Source: a bacterium (GTDB lineage Bacteria > Verrucomicrobiota > Kiritimatiellia > RFP12 > UBA1067). Taken from it: a DNA stretch of 64,000 nt. Position numbers and translations under genes: made by a program. Position 1 is the stretch's first letter. Each line of letters starts with the position of its first letter. Where the stretch lies: assembly GCA_037133395.1 (NCBI GenBank), contig JBAXOG010000003.1:7644-71643 (forward strand). Direction: 5' to 3'. Below the pieces are notes generated by a model. The model ran no database searches. It was not told the DNA's origin and saw nothing but the letters and a program-made list of their open reading frames with translations. Positions 53,793-63,528 of the stretch are shown one piece after another.

Positions 53793-56081
53793 TTATGCAT
53801 AACAGCGCACGTCAAACAGGGCAAGCGGCACCTTTCCGTGACTCTGGAGATCTTTGATGACAAGCCGGTCTGTGACCACTGCCTTGGGTAGACGGATGAC
53901 CGCGCGGGTCTGATGATTGTCCTCGCACGTCGCAATGACCTTGCCTGCTGAATCGCAAATCGTATACCGCTTGATGCAGAACGGCACGGCGGCTTCCGGA
54001 TGCCCCCATTGCACCGACTCCATGGCATGATCGAAATCAGTATCGAAGGACAGTTCAATGCGTCGGATCTTCCGTGGCTTATTCCACGTAATCGTTACCG
54101 CGGGTGCCGGATCATCCATGGCCGCGACCCAGGCGTTGGGGCCGGTTGTCGGACGGCTGAGCCCGTTCCGGATATTCTCCGGACCGAAGCCGGCAAGGGG
54201 CGGATCAAAGGCGATCGCAAAATTCTTGCCGCCGGGCCGACGCTCGGGAATCCAGAATTCAAACGTGTCCACGCCGATTCCTACCGGCGGCTTCTGTACC
54301 GCGCTCTTGGCTACATTGCGATTCGCGCCCTGTACAAGCGACAAAATACCCGTCACTCGGCTGTCACTCAATCGGATACTCACCCCCGAACAAGGCATGA
54401 GGCAAATAAAGGCGTATTGAGCTTGCGGAATATCAACCCCGAAATCAACCGCCACCTTCTGGCCACGACCCTTAGACACAGAAAGGCGCTTACGAGACAG
54501 AATAACATCCGGCGTGAAATTACCTTCGCGGGATGCCGTACGCAATTGCACTTCCACCTTCGCGGGCCTGTCCGCATCCAGCCACAGTGTCACCACGGAC
54601 ATCCGGCCTTTCGACACGGGGACAAGCATCGCCCGTGCGGCTTCGAGTGCAACGGATGACGCGCTCGGCTTGAAGGTGTCGAGCGTGAATGAGCTTGATG
54701 CCGTCAGGGTTGCCTCGCGGACTAAATCCTGGCTGTCCTCCAACGCAATACCGGGGATATAGTGACCCGTGCCCAGTAAACGCTGTTGCAGTTTATGCAT
54801 CCGCTCTGCCGCCAGCAGATCACGCGGAAGAAGCTTTACTTCCCGGCAGAGCGCGGCGGCCATGCCGACGGCCTGCCCGTTATGCGCGCATGTGGCCATC
54901 ACACGGGTGGACCCGAAGGCAATATGACTTACGCTGATACATCTCCCGGCCAAAAACAGATTTCTGATATTCCGGCTGTACAAACACCGATACGGTATCG
55001 GGTACACCCCTTTGCTGTGCCACTGCGTACACCCGGACTTCTTGCTGTATACGCCCTTGACCGGATGCAGATCGATCGCCCAGCCGCCGAAAGATACCGC
55101 ATCCACTTGTTTTCGCTGCTCGATAATGTCCTGTTGGGTCAGCAGGAGATCACCCTCAAACCGACGGCTCTCGCGCTTGCCGGGGATGGCTCCCACCCAT
55201 TCCAGCGTGAGGTTCGCCGCTTCCGGGTAGTCGCCCGAGTTCTTGATGTGATCCCACACACCATACACCACCTTCCAAAGCTCATGCTTAATTGTTTCAC
55301 TGTCATGGAGGGTGTCCAACTCTCCGCCATACTCAAGCCACCAGTAATAACACCCTTGCCGGTTGGCGGCGATCTGTCCGAATCTCGGTATTTTCTTTGG
55401 GATGTCTTTCAGAGCAAAGGCGGGCGGCACAAAGCGGACAGGCTTTCCCGTGTCTTTGCTATAAAAAAAGATCGTGTGTCCAAGACGCTCGTCATTCGGC
55501 TGTTTCGGCGCATACTTCTCACTAAATTCGTCAGTGCCCTCGGAGCCTGTTCGAAACGCCGCGCCCGACAAGAAACCGAGAATGCCGTCTCCCGACGCAT
55601 CACAAAACAGGGGTGCCTCGACCTCGTACAGCGTGGCGTTCTGACTGCAAAAGGCTCGGACTGAACGAACGGTGTCGCGTCCGCGCTTCGATACCTCGAA
55701 CACCGCCGTGTTCAGCAACAACGTGATATTGGCTTCGCACAACACCTTTTCAAGTACGACGGTATCGAAAATCAATGGATTACCCTCGGGATTCCTATAC
55801 AGGTTCTCCACCAGAATTTCGTCGATCACACCGCCTTCACGAGCCCAGCGGTTGTTATTGCCCATGTGAGAGGTTGCCCCGAGCACCCAGAGCCGGACTT
55901 CGCTGGAGGCGTTTCCGCCCAACACCGGACGATCTTGGATTAAGACAACCTTGACCCCCTCGCGCGCTGCTGTGATCGCACAACATACCCCGGCTAGGCC
56001 GCCGCCGACCACAGCCAGGTCAGCCTTCAGGGATTCCGTCTTTAACTCACGCCTTTTCAATGCGACATATTTTTTTGTCAT
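53793..56081 (-). CDS. FAD-dependent oxidoreductase (large, PF12831-like) with C-terminal beta-rich domain
   Basis: 762-aa ORF. It has an N-terminal dinucleotide-binding motif (DLAVVGGGLAGVCCAITAAREGVKVVLIQDRPVLGGNASSE). No signal peptide is evident. Confidence 0.75.
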   Translation of the reverse strand: MTKKYVALKRRELKTESLKADLAVVGGGLAGVCCAITAAREGVKVVLIQDRPVLGGNASSEVRLWVLGATSHMGNNNRWAREGGVIDEILVENLYRNPEGNPLIFDTVVLEKVLCEANITLLLNTAVFEVSKRGRDTVRSVRAFCSQNATLYEVEAPLFCDASGDGILGFLSGAAFRTGSEGTDEFSEKYAPKQPNDERLGHTIFFYSKDTGKPVRFVPPAFALKDIPKKIPRFGQIAANRQGCYYWWLEYGGELDTLHDSETIKHELWKVVYGVWDHIKNSGDYPEAANLTLEWVGAIPGKRESRRFEGDLLLTQQDIIEQRKQVDAVSFGGWAIDLHPVKGVYSKKSGCTQWHSKGVYPIPYRCLYSRNIRNLFLAGRCISVSHIAFGSTRVMATCAHNGQAVGMAAALCREVKLLPRDLLAAERMHKLQQRLLGTGHYIPGIALEDSQDLVREATLTASSSFTLDTFKPSASSVALEAARAMLVPVSKGRMSVVTLWLDADRPAKVEVQLRTASREGNFTPDVILSRKRLSVSKGRGQKVAVDFGVDIPQAQYAFICLMPCSGVSIRLSDSRVTGILSLVQGANRNVAKSAVQKPPVGIGVDTFEFWIPERRPGGKNFAIAFDPPLAGFGPENIRNGLSRPTTGPNAWVAAMDDPAPAVTITWNKPRKIRRIELSFDTDFDHAMESVQWGHPEAAVPFCIKRYTICDSAGKVIATCEDNHQTRAVIRLPKAVVTDRLVIKDLQSHGKVPLALFDVRCYA

Positions 56082-56084
56082 TGA

Positions 56085-57374
56085 TTACTTCTCCCCTCGA
56101 ATAAATCTCGCCCTTCTGAGCACAAACCAAAAAAGCATAGGAATAACCGCAATGTGTAAACCTGCCGCCAGCAGGTACCACTGGGTATAAGCGTCCGGCT
56201 GGACTAATTTCGTGACTATATCGGGCCTCAACAACTTCGCCACCATGTTGTTCATCATAATTGCGCCCACCGAACTGCCGGCCGCCACGATACCGAATAC
56301 CGCGCCTAACGACATTCGCGGCACGACGTCTACGACCAACGCGCTGATATTCGTCAGCCATGCCAAATGAGCAAAAACAATCAGGGACGCAAAGAGAAGG
56401 GCACCAGAAGCTGTGGGAGCACGCGCCACCATTAGCGACAGCGGCATGAACGCCGCGCATCCCAGCATCACGAAAAGCCGCGCGCGCGCCGGTGCCATTC
56501 CCCGCCTGACCAGTCGCCCCGCTAGCCACCCGCCCACCAGACTGCCCAGTCCGGCGGCCATGAACATAACCCATGTGATCTTCACGTCGGCTTGCGTCAA
56601 GCCACGTGCGGTCACCAAGTATTTTGGAAACCAGTTCTGATAGAAGAACCACACGGGATCAGAGAGCATCCGTCCGACCAGCAACGCCCAAACCACAGGC
56701 TGCCCCAATGCCTCAAGCCACGTCCAGCCCCGTTCAGCAGCGTCCCCCTCTCCGCTCTCCACAGCGGACGTGATCCACTCCCGTTCCCGCTCTGCCAACA
56801 GCGGATGTGTCTTCACCTGTCGACACAGAAAGAGCCAAGGCGCAAGCCAGAGCAGCCCCAGCAATCCAGTGACCACAAAGGTCGCCTGCCAACCCCAAGC
56901 CGAGGATAGCCACACGATAAAGAGCGGCGCGAGGGTCATACCGATCGGCGTACCGGCCGTATAGATGCCGATGGCCAAGCCACGCTCTTTGGGCGGGAAC
57001 CATTCTGACACGGTCTTTGGCGACGCAGTCCAGTTGCCAGCCTCCCCGAGACCCAGAAGAAAACGAAAGGATGCCAGAGAGAGGAACGAGCGCGCCAGTG
57101 ATGTAAACATATTGGCCAGCGACCACCAACCAACAAATAACGCCAAACTCAAGCGCGGCCCCAGGCGATCCACAATCACACCCGACAGCAACAAGGCAAC
57201 CGTATACGCAATCTGAAAAGCGTTCTGGATATTGGCATAATCCTGGTCGGTCAGTCCGAGATCCTTCTGAATCGTGGGCGCAAGCAATGAAAGCGAGTTT
57301 TTATCCACGTAGTTCAGTACCGCCGCGAAAAAAAGCAACCCAACAATCCACCAACGTAAGCCATGTATTTTCAT
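56085..57374 (-). CDS. MFS transporter (ACS/hexuronate ExuT-like)
   Basis: 429-aa hydrophobic ORF with N-terminal motif LNYVDKNSLSLLAPTIQKDLGL. It is a paralog of 62186..63412. Confidence 0.8.
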   Translation of the reverse strand: MKIHGLRWWIVGLLFFAAVLNYVDKNSLSLLAPTIQKDLGLTDQDYANIQNAFQIAYTVALLLSGVIVDRLGPRLSLALFVGWWSLANMFTSLARSFLSLASFRFLLGLGEAGNWTASPKTVSEWFPPKERGLAIGIYTAGTPIGMTLAPLFIVWLSSAWGWQATFVVTGLLGLLWLAPWLFLCRQVKTHPLLAEREREWITSAVESGEGDAAERGWTWLEALGQPVVWALLVGRMLSDPVWFFYQNWFPKYLVTARGLTQADVKITWVMFMAAGLGSLVGGWLAGRLVRRGMAPARARLFVMLGCAAFMPLSLMVARAPTASGALLFASLIVFAHLAWLTNISALVVDVVPRMSLGAVFGIVAAGSSVGAIMMNNMVAKLLRPDIVTKLVQPDAYTQWYLLAAGLHIAVIPMLFWFVLRRARFIRGEK

Positions 57375-57423
57375 AACGTTTAAAAGTGTGCCATATCTTG
57401 CGGAAAAAAACTAGACACGAATG

Positions 57424-57446
57424 CGCAAATCTTCTAAGATATTGCG
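57424..57446. promoter_or_regulatory. CGCAA-N13-TTGCG operator-like site S3 in the MFS/XylR divergent region
   Basis: CGCAA lies at 57424-57428 and TTGCG at 57442-57446. The site is about 47 nt upstream of the MFS start (57374) and ends 5 nt before the regulator ATG (57452). Confidence 0.45.
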
Positions 57447-57451
57447 ACATT

Positions 57452-58648
57452 ATGAAAAGAAAGAAAATAACACGGCGCAAAAAAAAACCGGCCTTACGGA
57501 TTCCCAGAGTCGGCGTGCTGGTGGATACCTGCACCACGTGGGGACGGACGGTCTGCACGGGCATTCAAAAATATGCCGAGCGTAACGGCCCGTGGTTGGT
57601 TTTTATCGAGCCCCTGGGCGTCGAAGAGCATGTGTCCTTGCCCAAGGGTTGGCTTGTGGACGGTGTAATCGCACGCATCGGGCATCCCGCTCTTGCTCGC
57701 GAACTGCGCGCGTTAAAAACTCCCGTGGTGAATGTATCCGGCATCCAACTACCTAACGACACGTTTTCGCGCGTCTCAAGTGACTTATCGACCTCCGGGA
57801 AAATGGCCGCCCAGTATTTTCTTGATCTCGGCTACAGAAACTTCGCCTATTTCAGTCTTCAAGGTCTGACGTATGTTAAGGCTCACCAGCAGGCGTTTGC
57901 CGAAAAACTCGCTGAATCCGGCTATACCTGTGCCAGTTATTCCGTTCGTCCGAAGCATGGAGCGATCCCCGACAAGAACCTGGATCTGAAGGAACTGGGT
58001 AAATGGCTTAAGTCCCTGCCCAAGCCAGTGGCTGTGCTGAGCTGGAACGCCTCACCGAGCCGAGAGGTTCTCTTTGCCTGCCAACTGGCAGGGCTACTCG
58101 TGCCAGAGGAGGTCTCCATCCTCAGCGGGTGTGATGACGACCTCCTATGTGCCATGGCTCATATTCCTATTTCCGGCATCCAAGTTGCTGGAGAAGAAAT
58201 CGGCTACCAGGCAGCCACACTGCTGGATAGCCTCCTGCGGAAGAACGTGCAAAAGAAACAAACCATTCTCATTCCACCACCCGGAATAACCAGCAGGCGT
58301 TCTTCGGACAACCTGGCGATCTCCGACAAGGCTCTTGCGAAGGCGATCAGCTTTGTCAGGACGCATGCGGCCTACCCGATCAAGGTTGCTGACATTGCGG
58401 CCTATTCTGGACTTTCACGACGGGCGCTCGAACGGAAATTCGAGATCGTCCTTGGACGAAGTCCAGCCACTGAAATCAGGCGTGTTCATGTCGAGCGAGC
58501 CAAAGAGTTGCTGGCAACGACCGACATGCCAATCCCCGAAGTCACGGAAAAGTCCGGTTTCGGTTCACCGGAATATCTTTCGTTCGTGTTCCGTCAAGAT
58601 GTCGGACAAACGCCGTTAAAATACCGCCGCTCCATTCGTAATCGTTAA
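57452..58648 (+). CDS. XylR-type transcriptional regulator (sugar-binding domain plus AraC-type HTH)
   Basis: The ORF is open from 57386. I prefer ATG 57452 (MKRKKITRRKKKPALRIPRVGVLVDT...), which aligns with the 18622..19869 paralog. The C-terminal AraC HTH reads TDMPIPEVTEKSGFGSPEYLSFVFRQDVGQTPLKYR. Confidence 0.8.
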   Translation: MKRKKITRRKKKPALRIPRVGVLVDTCTTWGRTVCTGIQKYAERNGPWLVFIEPLGVEEHVSLPKGWLVDGVIARIGHPALARELRALKTPVVNVSGIQLPNDTFSRVSSDLSTSGKMAAQYFLDLGYRNFAYFSLQGLTYVKAHQQAFAEKLAESGYTCASYSVRPKHGAIPDKNLDLKELGKWLKSLPKPVAVLSWNASPSREVLFACQLAGLLVPEEVSILSGCDDDLLCAMAHIPISGIQVAGEEIGYQAATLLDSLLRKNVQKKQTILIPPPGITSRRSSDNLAISDKALAKAISFVRTHAAYPIKVADIAAYSGLSRRALERKFEIVLGRSPATEIRRVHVERAKELLATTDMPIPEVTEKSGFGSPEYLSFVFRQDVGQTPLKYRRSIRNR

Positions 58649-58772
58649 ACTCTCACCTTTGCCGAAGCGTAACACACACGGATTCTCATCCATCCAGTGA
58701 CCGCGCCATTCGGGACGATCCGTGCGCTTCATCACATCGGTATCAGGTATGTTTAAAATTTGTCCCTATCGA

Positions 58773-60089
58773 CTACAACGTCCACGGTGCGCGTAAGGCT
58801 GGACGACTGATCAACTTATTGGCAGCCGCGTTGCCGGAGAACGTTTCTTTGTCAGGATCCCACGCAAGCTTTTCACCGCCAAGTTTGATCGAGATGTGGG
58901 CAAGGTGACAGAGCGAGGTGGTGCGCTGTCCGACCTCCTCGTCTTCAAGTGTCCTGCCACGGGACTTGACACAATCCAAGAAATCCTGCTTTTCGTGTTT
59001 AAGCGGGAAATGGATCTCCTCCGTCCCGATGATCTCCTTGAGGATCTTCGGGTCACTGGCGATCAGACGCTCGGGGGAAAGTTTGCTGGCCATATAGTTG
59101 ACCTGAATCCAGCCCTTCTCACCTTCAAACCGGACGTGCGGCTCGCCCATCTGATAGAACATCTCCATGCCGTTGGCGAACTTGTACCAGGCTTCAAAAT
59201 TTTCCAGCACATTCCAGACTTTGCTGTTGTGAAACGTACCCGAGGCTTTCACCTCGACCGGCCCGGTGCGTTCCGTACCAGCACCCCACTGGCCGATGTC
59301 ATTCAGGTGCGTACCCCAGTTGGTGATCATGCCATCGCAGTAATCGAGGTTGCGCATCCAGCCAGGCCGTGATTTCAAATCGTGCGGGGTATGAACGCGC
59401 TTCTGCATATAATCAACCTTCGATGCCGGTCCGAGCCAGAGATCGTAATCCAGCTCGGGGGGCGGCGCCGTGAGGGTTTCTGCTTGGTCCGGGAAACCCT
59501 CCTTCGGCGAACCCGTACGGACCACCAAAAGTTTGCCGATGCGCCCGTTGCGGACCAGCTCGGCTGCACGGTGCATCGGCTCGAGCGACCTGAACTCGCT
59601 GTCCACCCGGAACACGCGCTTATGTTTGGCGACGAGGTTAGCCAGAATCCGTCCTTCGTCAATATAGCGGGTAATGGGCTTTTCCAGCGCAACGTCCTTG
59701 CCGGCCTTGACAGCCGCAATGGCAATCGGCACATGCCAGTGATCAGGCGTCGAGATCATCACCGCATCCACATTCGGATCGGCCAGCAATTCCCGGAAAT
59801 CGCGGTACCCTTTGGCTGTTTTTGCCTTGTAGTGCTTCTCCACGGCCTGCAATCCCTGGTCAAGCCGCCAGGCGTCCACGTCGCAGACAGCGGTGACTGT
59901 GCAGTCAGGCGACTTCAGGAAGGGTTGCAGATTTGAATAGTACGCCTGACGACCCATGCCAATCATCCCGATGTTAATGCGCTTGCTCGGGGCGTTTTGT
60001 CCAAAGACGCTGCTAGGCAGTATGACAGGCGCGGCAGAAGCCGCGATGATGGATTGAATAAAGGTTCGCCGATTGGTTTGCGTATGCAT
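58773..60089 (-). CDS. Tat-exported Gfo/Idh/MocA-family oxidoreductase
   Basis: I prefer ATG 60089, which has an AGGAGA Shine-Dalgarno 7 nt upstream. It has a twin-arginine motif (MHTQTNRRTFIQSIIAASAAP), Rossmann start INIGMIGMGRQ and family block DAVMISTPDHWH. Confidence 0.85.
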   Translation of the reverse strand: MHTQTNRRTFIQSIIAASAAPVILPSSVFGQNAPSKRINIGMIGMGRQAYYSNLQPFLKSPDCTVTAVCDVDAWRLDQGLQAVEKHYKAKTAKGYRDFRELLADPNVDAVMISTPDHWHVPIAIAAVKAGKDVALEKPITRYIDEGRILANLVAKHKRVFRVDSEFRSLEPMHRAAELVRNGRIGKLLVVRTGSPKEGFPDQAETLTAPPPELDYDLWLGPASKVDYMQKRVHTPHDLKSRPGWMRNLDYCDGMITNWGTHLNDIGQWGAGTERTGPVEVKASGTFHNSKVWNVLENFEAWYKFANGMEMFYQMGEPHVRFEGEKGWIQVNYMASKLSPERLIASDPKILKEIIGTEEIHFPLKHEKQDFLDCVKSRGRTLEDEEVGQRTTSLCHLAHISIKLGGEKLAWDPDKETFSGNAAANKLISRPALRAPWTL

Positions 60090-61011
60090 AGTCGTTCTCC
60101 TGTTGGGCAGATACATGACCTGCCTTAATTACTTTTCCGTCTTCGATGGGTTGCAGACTGCGCCAGGCAGTCATAGCATTTTTAAGTAGCACCTCGGGTT
60201 CGCCCTTGATGCTATAAAATTGATGGCCGACTGGACCCTGATACCCAAGCTTTTTCAGTTCAGCCAAAAAAAGCTTCAGGTCAAAATCACTCTCGGCCAG
60301 CGGAACAATGTAGCGCTTAGAGGCCATTGACACGCCATTGATGGAGACCAAGCCCGCGCTTGGCGCAACCTCACGCAAGGTCTTTAGTGCCTCTTCCTGT
60401 GTCTTGGGACCGCTCTTGGTCAAAAACTCGTGGCAGAGATTATAAGAGGGGGTCACGTTTGCATGTTTCGCCTTCTGGGTAATCCGCAATGTGTCCGTGG
60501 CCTTTTCCACATAAAAACCAACATGCGGATAAATAGAGACCTTTACCTGTTGCTCAGCCGCAAGGTCGCCAAGTTCATTCGCAATGCGCACGCAATCCTC
60601 ATCATGATCCAGTTTATCCTTTGTCTCTCGGAAGTTGATCCACAAGCATGTTGAGCGACCTTTGAGCAACTTGACCGTCTCCCGCAAATCAGCCGAAAAC
60701 TGTTTACCCTTTTCGTGACCTGGGAAGGTGGGAATATAGAGGCTACTGATTCCAAGTTTCGCCTCATCATAAATCTTTAGCCACTTCTCTAGGTCTTTAT
60801 TCGTCGTAAAATTATAGGCCATGCCATCATAGCCCAACTCCTTGAGTACGGCAGCCTGTTTTTCAGGTGTCCAGATACCCCGACCCACCCCATTATCAAA
60901 GGCATAGAAGGGCCAGAGTGTTTTCTTGACGGCTTCATCCGCGGGCCACACGCGCAAGGCAGGCAGCGTGGAAAAAGCAACACCTATTTTTAAAAAGTCT
61001 CTTCTCTTCAT
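60013..61011 (-). CDS. Tat-exported xylose-isomerase-like TIM-barrel protein (sugar phosphate isomerase/epimerase family)
   Basis: 332-aa ORF with twin-arginine motif MKRRDFLKIGVAFSTLPA and GGAGG 9 nt upstream. Family-like blocks: LKELGYDGMAYNF, VSIYPHVGFYVE, NLCHEFL. Its 3' end overlaps the downstream gene by 77 nt. Confidence 0.6.
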   Translation of the reverse strand: MKRRDFLKIGVAFSTLPALRVWPADEAVKKTLWPFYAFDNGVGRGIWTPEKQAAVLKELGYDGMAYNFTTNKDLEKWLKIYDEAKLGISSLYIPTFPGHEKGKQFSADLRETVKLLKGRSTCLWINFRETKDKLDHDEDCVRIANELGDLAAEQQVKVSIYPHVGFYVEKATDTLRITQKAKHANVTPSYNLCHEFLTKSGPKTQEEALKTLREVAPSAGLVSINGVSMASKRYIVPLAESDFDLKLFLAELKKLGYQGPVGHQFYSIKGEPEVLLKNAMTAWRSLQPIEDGKVIKAGHVSAQQENDYAYANQSANLYSIHHRGFCRACHTA

Positions 61012-61025
61012 TGGTTCAGCCTCCG

Positions 61026-61049
61026 TATTCCACTATTCCAACATTCCAT
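61026..61049. repeat. 8-bp tandem array TATTCCAC TATTCCAA CATTCCAT
   Basis: It fills the 42-nt gap between the URO-D-family stop and the TIM-barrel gene start. The first unit is identical to a unit at 63586. Confidence 0.8.
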
Positions 61050-61053
61050 TCTA

Positions 61054-62199
61054 CTATACATACGCACTCTCCTCCCAGGCTCCTTGGAGCATGGCTTTCA
61101 CATTTTCAACAGGTGTATTCTTTTCCAGAAAATCTGAACACGCAAAGAGGTAACGGCCACCTGGCTTTCCGATCCGCATAATCTCACGCGTCTTGGTCGC
61201 AACCGCTTCCGGTGTTGCCGTCTTTAAAAAACGCAGTTGATCGAGATTGCCTGATAAACAGATCCGATCCCCCAGCTCACGTTTCGCCGAGGCCAATTCA
61301 TTATCCCCCTGGGGAAGCTCAGCCACGGTCTCCCAGACCGTCATACCCAGTTCACGGTAGCAGGGCCAAAGGGTACGCGCAAAACCACAATTATGATAAA
61401 TGGTGAAAGCTCCCTGAGCATGAATCGCGTCGATGAGCCGTTTCTCATACGGAAACACATACGACATGAAATACTCAGCACTCACAGAACGCGCGTTCGC
61501 AATATGACCCTGAATGCCAATCACCTCAGCGCCTCCTTCGATTAGCCGCTGGTTATAGGCGATCATCCCTCGGGTCACACGATCCATCAACGCATGATAG
61601 AGCGTCTCGTTCATATAGGGTGCAACCATCAGATTCTCGATCCCCCAAAGATCGGCCGCCGCATTGAAGACCCCTGCCCAACCCCACGGCGCATTAACCC
61701 CTGACTCGCCGACCTGTTGACGCCAAAGCGCAGCCGTTTCTCGAAGTTCTGCTTCCGCCTCCACATCCAATTCAGGCAACCACTGAACAAAGGCCTCTAC
61801 ATCCTGATCCGTTTCCAGCAGATGTTTGCGAACACTGGACATCAACCCCGACGTGGCGACACCTGCGTCTGGCACAGCAGTCATTTGCGAAAACGTATGA
61901 TCTGGCGTCGCGATTTCTAATCGGGTTATCCAGAAATCACCCTCCTTCTGCGTCTGGCGATCTATATGCCAATTTTGATGATGCCGTTTCATGAAGGCTG
62001 GCGTCATAAAGCGGTTGGGTCGCGTCAAAAGATCGAATGGTAGTTCTTTTGCCAATTCAATCACGGTTTCCACGCGATCCAGTTTCTGATGCTTCGGATA
62101 GTACCACGCCAAATACTCCTCTTGAATAAAGGGCACCACCGGAACCCGATCCGGCAGGTCACCTCGTAAAACCGTCAAAATACGTTCACGAGAGGTCAT
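61054..62199 (-). CDS. uroporphyrinogen decarboxylase (URO-D) family protein, non-heme context
   Basis: 381-aa ORF. The N-terminal block SRERILTVLRGDLPDRVPVVPF is typical of URO-D/MtaA-like family proteins. It is embedded in a sugar-transport/redox operon. Confidence 0.65.
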   Translation of the reverse strand: MTSRERILTVLRGDLPDRVPVVPFIQEEYLAWYYPKHQKLDRVETVIELAKELPFDLLTRPNRFMTPAFMKRHHQNWHIDRQTQKEGDFWITRLEIATPDHTFSQMTAVPDAGVATSGLMSSVRKHLLETDQDVEAFVQWLPELDVEAEAELRETAALWRQQVGESGVNAPWGWAGVFNAAADLWGIENLMVAPYMNETLYHALMDRVTRGMIAYNQRLIEGGAEVIGIQGHIANARSVSAEYFMSYVFPYEKRLIDAIHAQGAFTIYHNCGFARTLWPCYRELGMTVWETVAELPQGDNELASAKRELGDRICLSGNLDQLRFLKTATPEAVATKTREIMRIGKPGGRYLFACSDFLEKNTPVENVKAMLQGAWEESAYV

Positions 62200-63412
62200 T
62201 GTTCTTCCACTCCTTTTTAGGAAGTAACGCCTGAACCGTCAACCAGGCCAACAGATAGGCGGAGGCAGAAAGAATAAACAGGGGCCAGTAACTTCCCGTC
62301 TCTTGAAGGATCCAGCCTGCCGCTTGCGCGATGAAAATGCCGCCCAAGGCACCCGCCATCGTCCCTATGCCGGTGACAGAGGCAACCGCACGTTTCGGAA
62401 AATAATCAGAGACCAACGAAAAGAGATTCGTCATCCACCCCGCGTGTCCAGCGGTCGCAAGGCCGATCAATATGACCGCCAACCAGACATGCTGCGTCCA
62501 AGCAGCAATCAGAACGGGCACAGGAAGTAAGGCACAGAGAAACATGACAGACTTACGCGCTGTGCGCACGGGATACCCCCGTGCAATCAGGCGCTTGGTC
62601 AGCCAACCCGCACCGACGCTGCCCAGAATCGTGATTGCATAAACTGTAACCAACGGAGCGCCCAATTTCGTCAACTCCACATGATGTTTGTCGTGAAGGA
62701 ATTTCGGCAACCAAAAAAGAAAGAACCACCAGATCGGATCACTCATTAGTTTACCAAAGAAAAATGCCCAGGTTGCCCGATTACGCAGAACCTCGCCAAG
62801 GGGCATAGGTCGTTCCTCGACTTCTGAAGACTCCGAAGGACGTACATCCGGACTCCTGTAAAACACCATCCAGATCAGACACCAGAGCCAGCCGAGAAGA
62901 CCGAGTGCCAAACACGTGATACCCCAACCGCTTTTCGCGTAGAACGCAAGAATCACGAGCGGAGCAAGGATGGGCCCGATCATCGATCCTGTGTTGAAGA
63001 AACCTGTGGCCAACGCCCGTTCCTCTTTCGGAAACCATTCCGCAACCGCTTTGATGGCACAGGGGAAACAACCCGACTGCGTAAAGCCTAAGGCAAAACG
63101 GACGAGAATGAAGGACATCACGGAAACCGCCCAGCCGTGAGCCGCAGTGACAAGGCTCCACAGCGCGATGAAAAGCGTAAAGCCCCATCTCGTTCCGAGT
63201 CGATCAATCACCCAGCCCGCCCCAAATACACCCAACGCATACGCCAACTGATAGGCGGTGACCATGTTGCCATAGTCCGTCTCTTTCCATTTCAGATCTT
63301 GGGTCAATTGCGGGGCAAGAATCGAGAGTGCCTGACGATCCATATACAGAATCGTCACCGCCAGAAATAGCAATGTGCACACCACCCATTTGAACTGTTG
63401 ACGTGAAAACAT
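62186..63412 (-). CDS. MFS transporter (ACS/hexuronate ExuT-like)
   Basis: The ORF is open from 63508. I prefer ATG 63412 (MFSRQQFKWVVCTLLFLAV...). It has the motif ILYMDRQALSILAPQLTQDLKW and is a paralog of 56085..57374. Confidence 0.8.
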   Translation of the reverse strand: MFSRQQFKWVVCTLLFLAVTILYMDRQALSILAPQLTQDLKWKETDYGNMVTAYQLAYALGVFGAGWVIDRLGTRWGFTLFIALWSLVTAAHGWAVSVMSFILVRFALGFTQSGCFPCAIKAVAEWFPKEERALATGFFNTGSMIGPILAPLVILAFYAKSGWGITCLALGLLGWLWCLIWMVFYRSPDVRPSESSEVEERPMPLGEVLRNRATWAFFFGKLMSDPIWWFFLFWLPKFLHDKHHVELTKLGAPLVTVYAITILGSVGAGWLTKRLIARGYPVRTARKSVMFLCALLPVPVLIAAWTQHVWLAVILIGLATAGHAGWMTNLFSLVSDYFPKRAVASVTGIGTMAGALGGIFIAQAAGWILQETGSYWPLFILSASAYLLAWLTVQALLPKKEWKNNDLS

Positions 63413-63459
63413 GTCACTAGAATGACACAAATCTCCCTCATCTGGCAAGGAACGAAATG

Positions 63460-63482
63460 CGCAAATAAAACCTAATATGCGA
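63460..63482. promoter_or_regulatory. degenerate operator-like site S4 (CGCAA-N12-ATGCG)
   Basis: The site reads aaaTGCGCAAataaaacctaatATGCGAaaa. It lies about 45 nt upstream of MFS start 63412, the same relative position as S3. Confidence 0.35.
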
Positions 63483-63528
63483 AAATACACTTGTCTATCA
63501 TGAGCCACTAAAGTATGATTATGACTTC

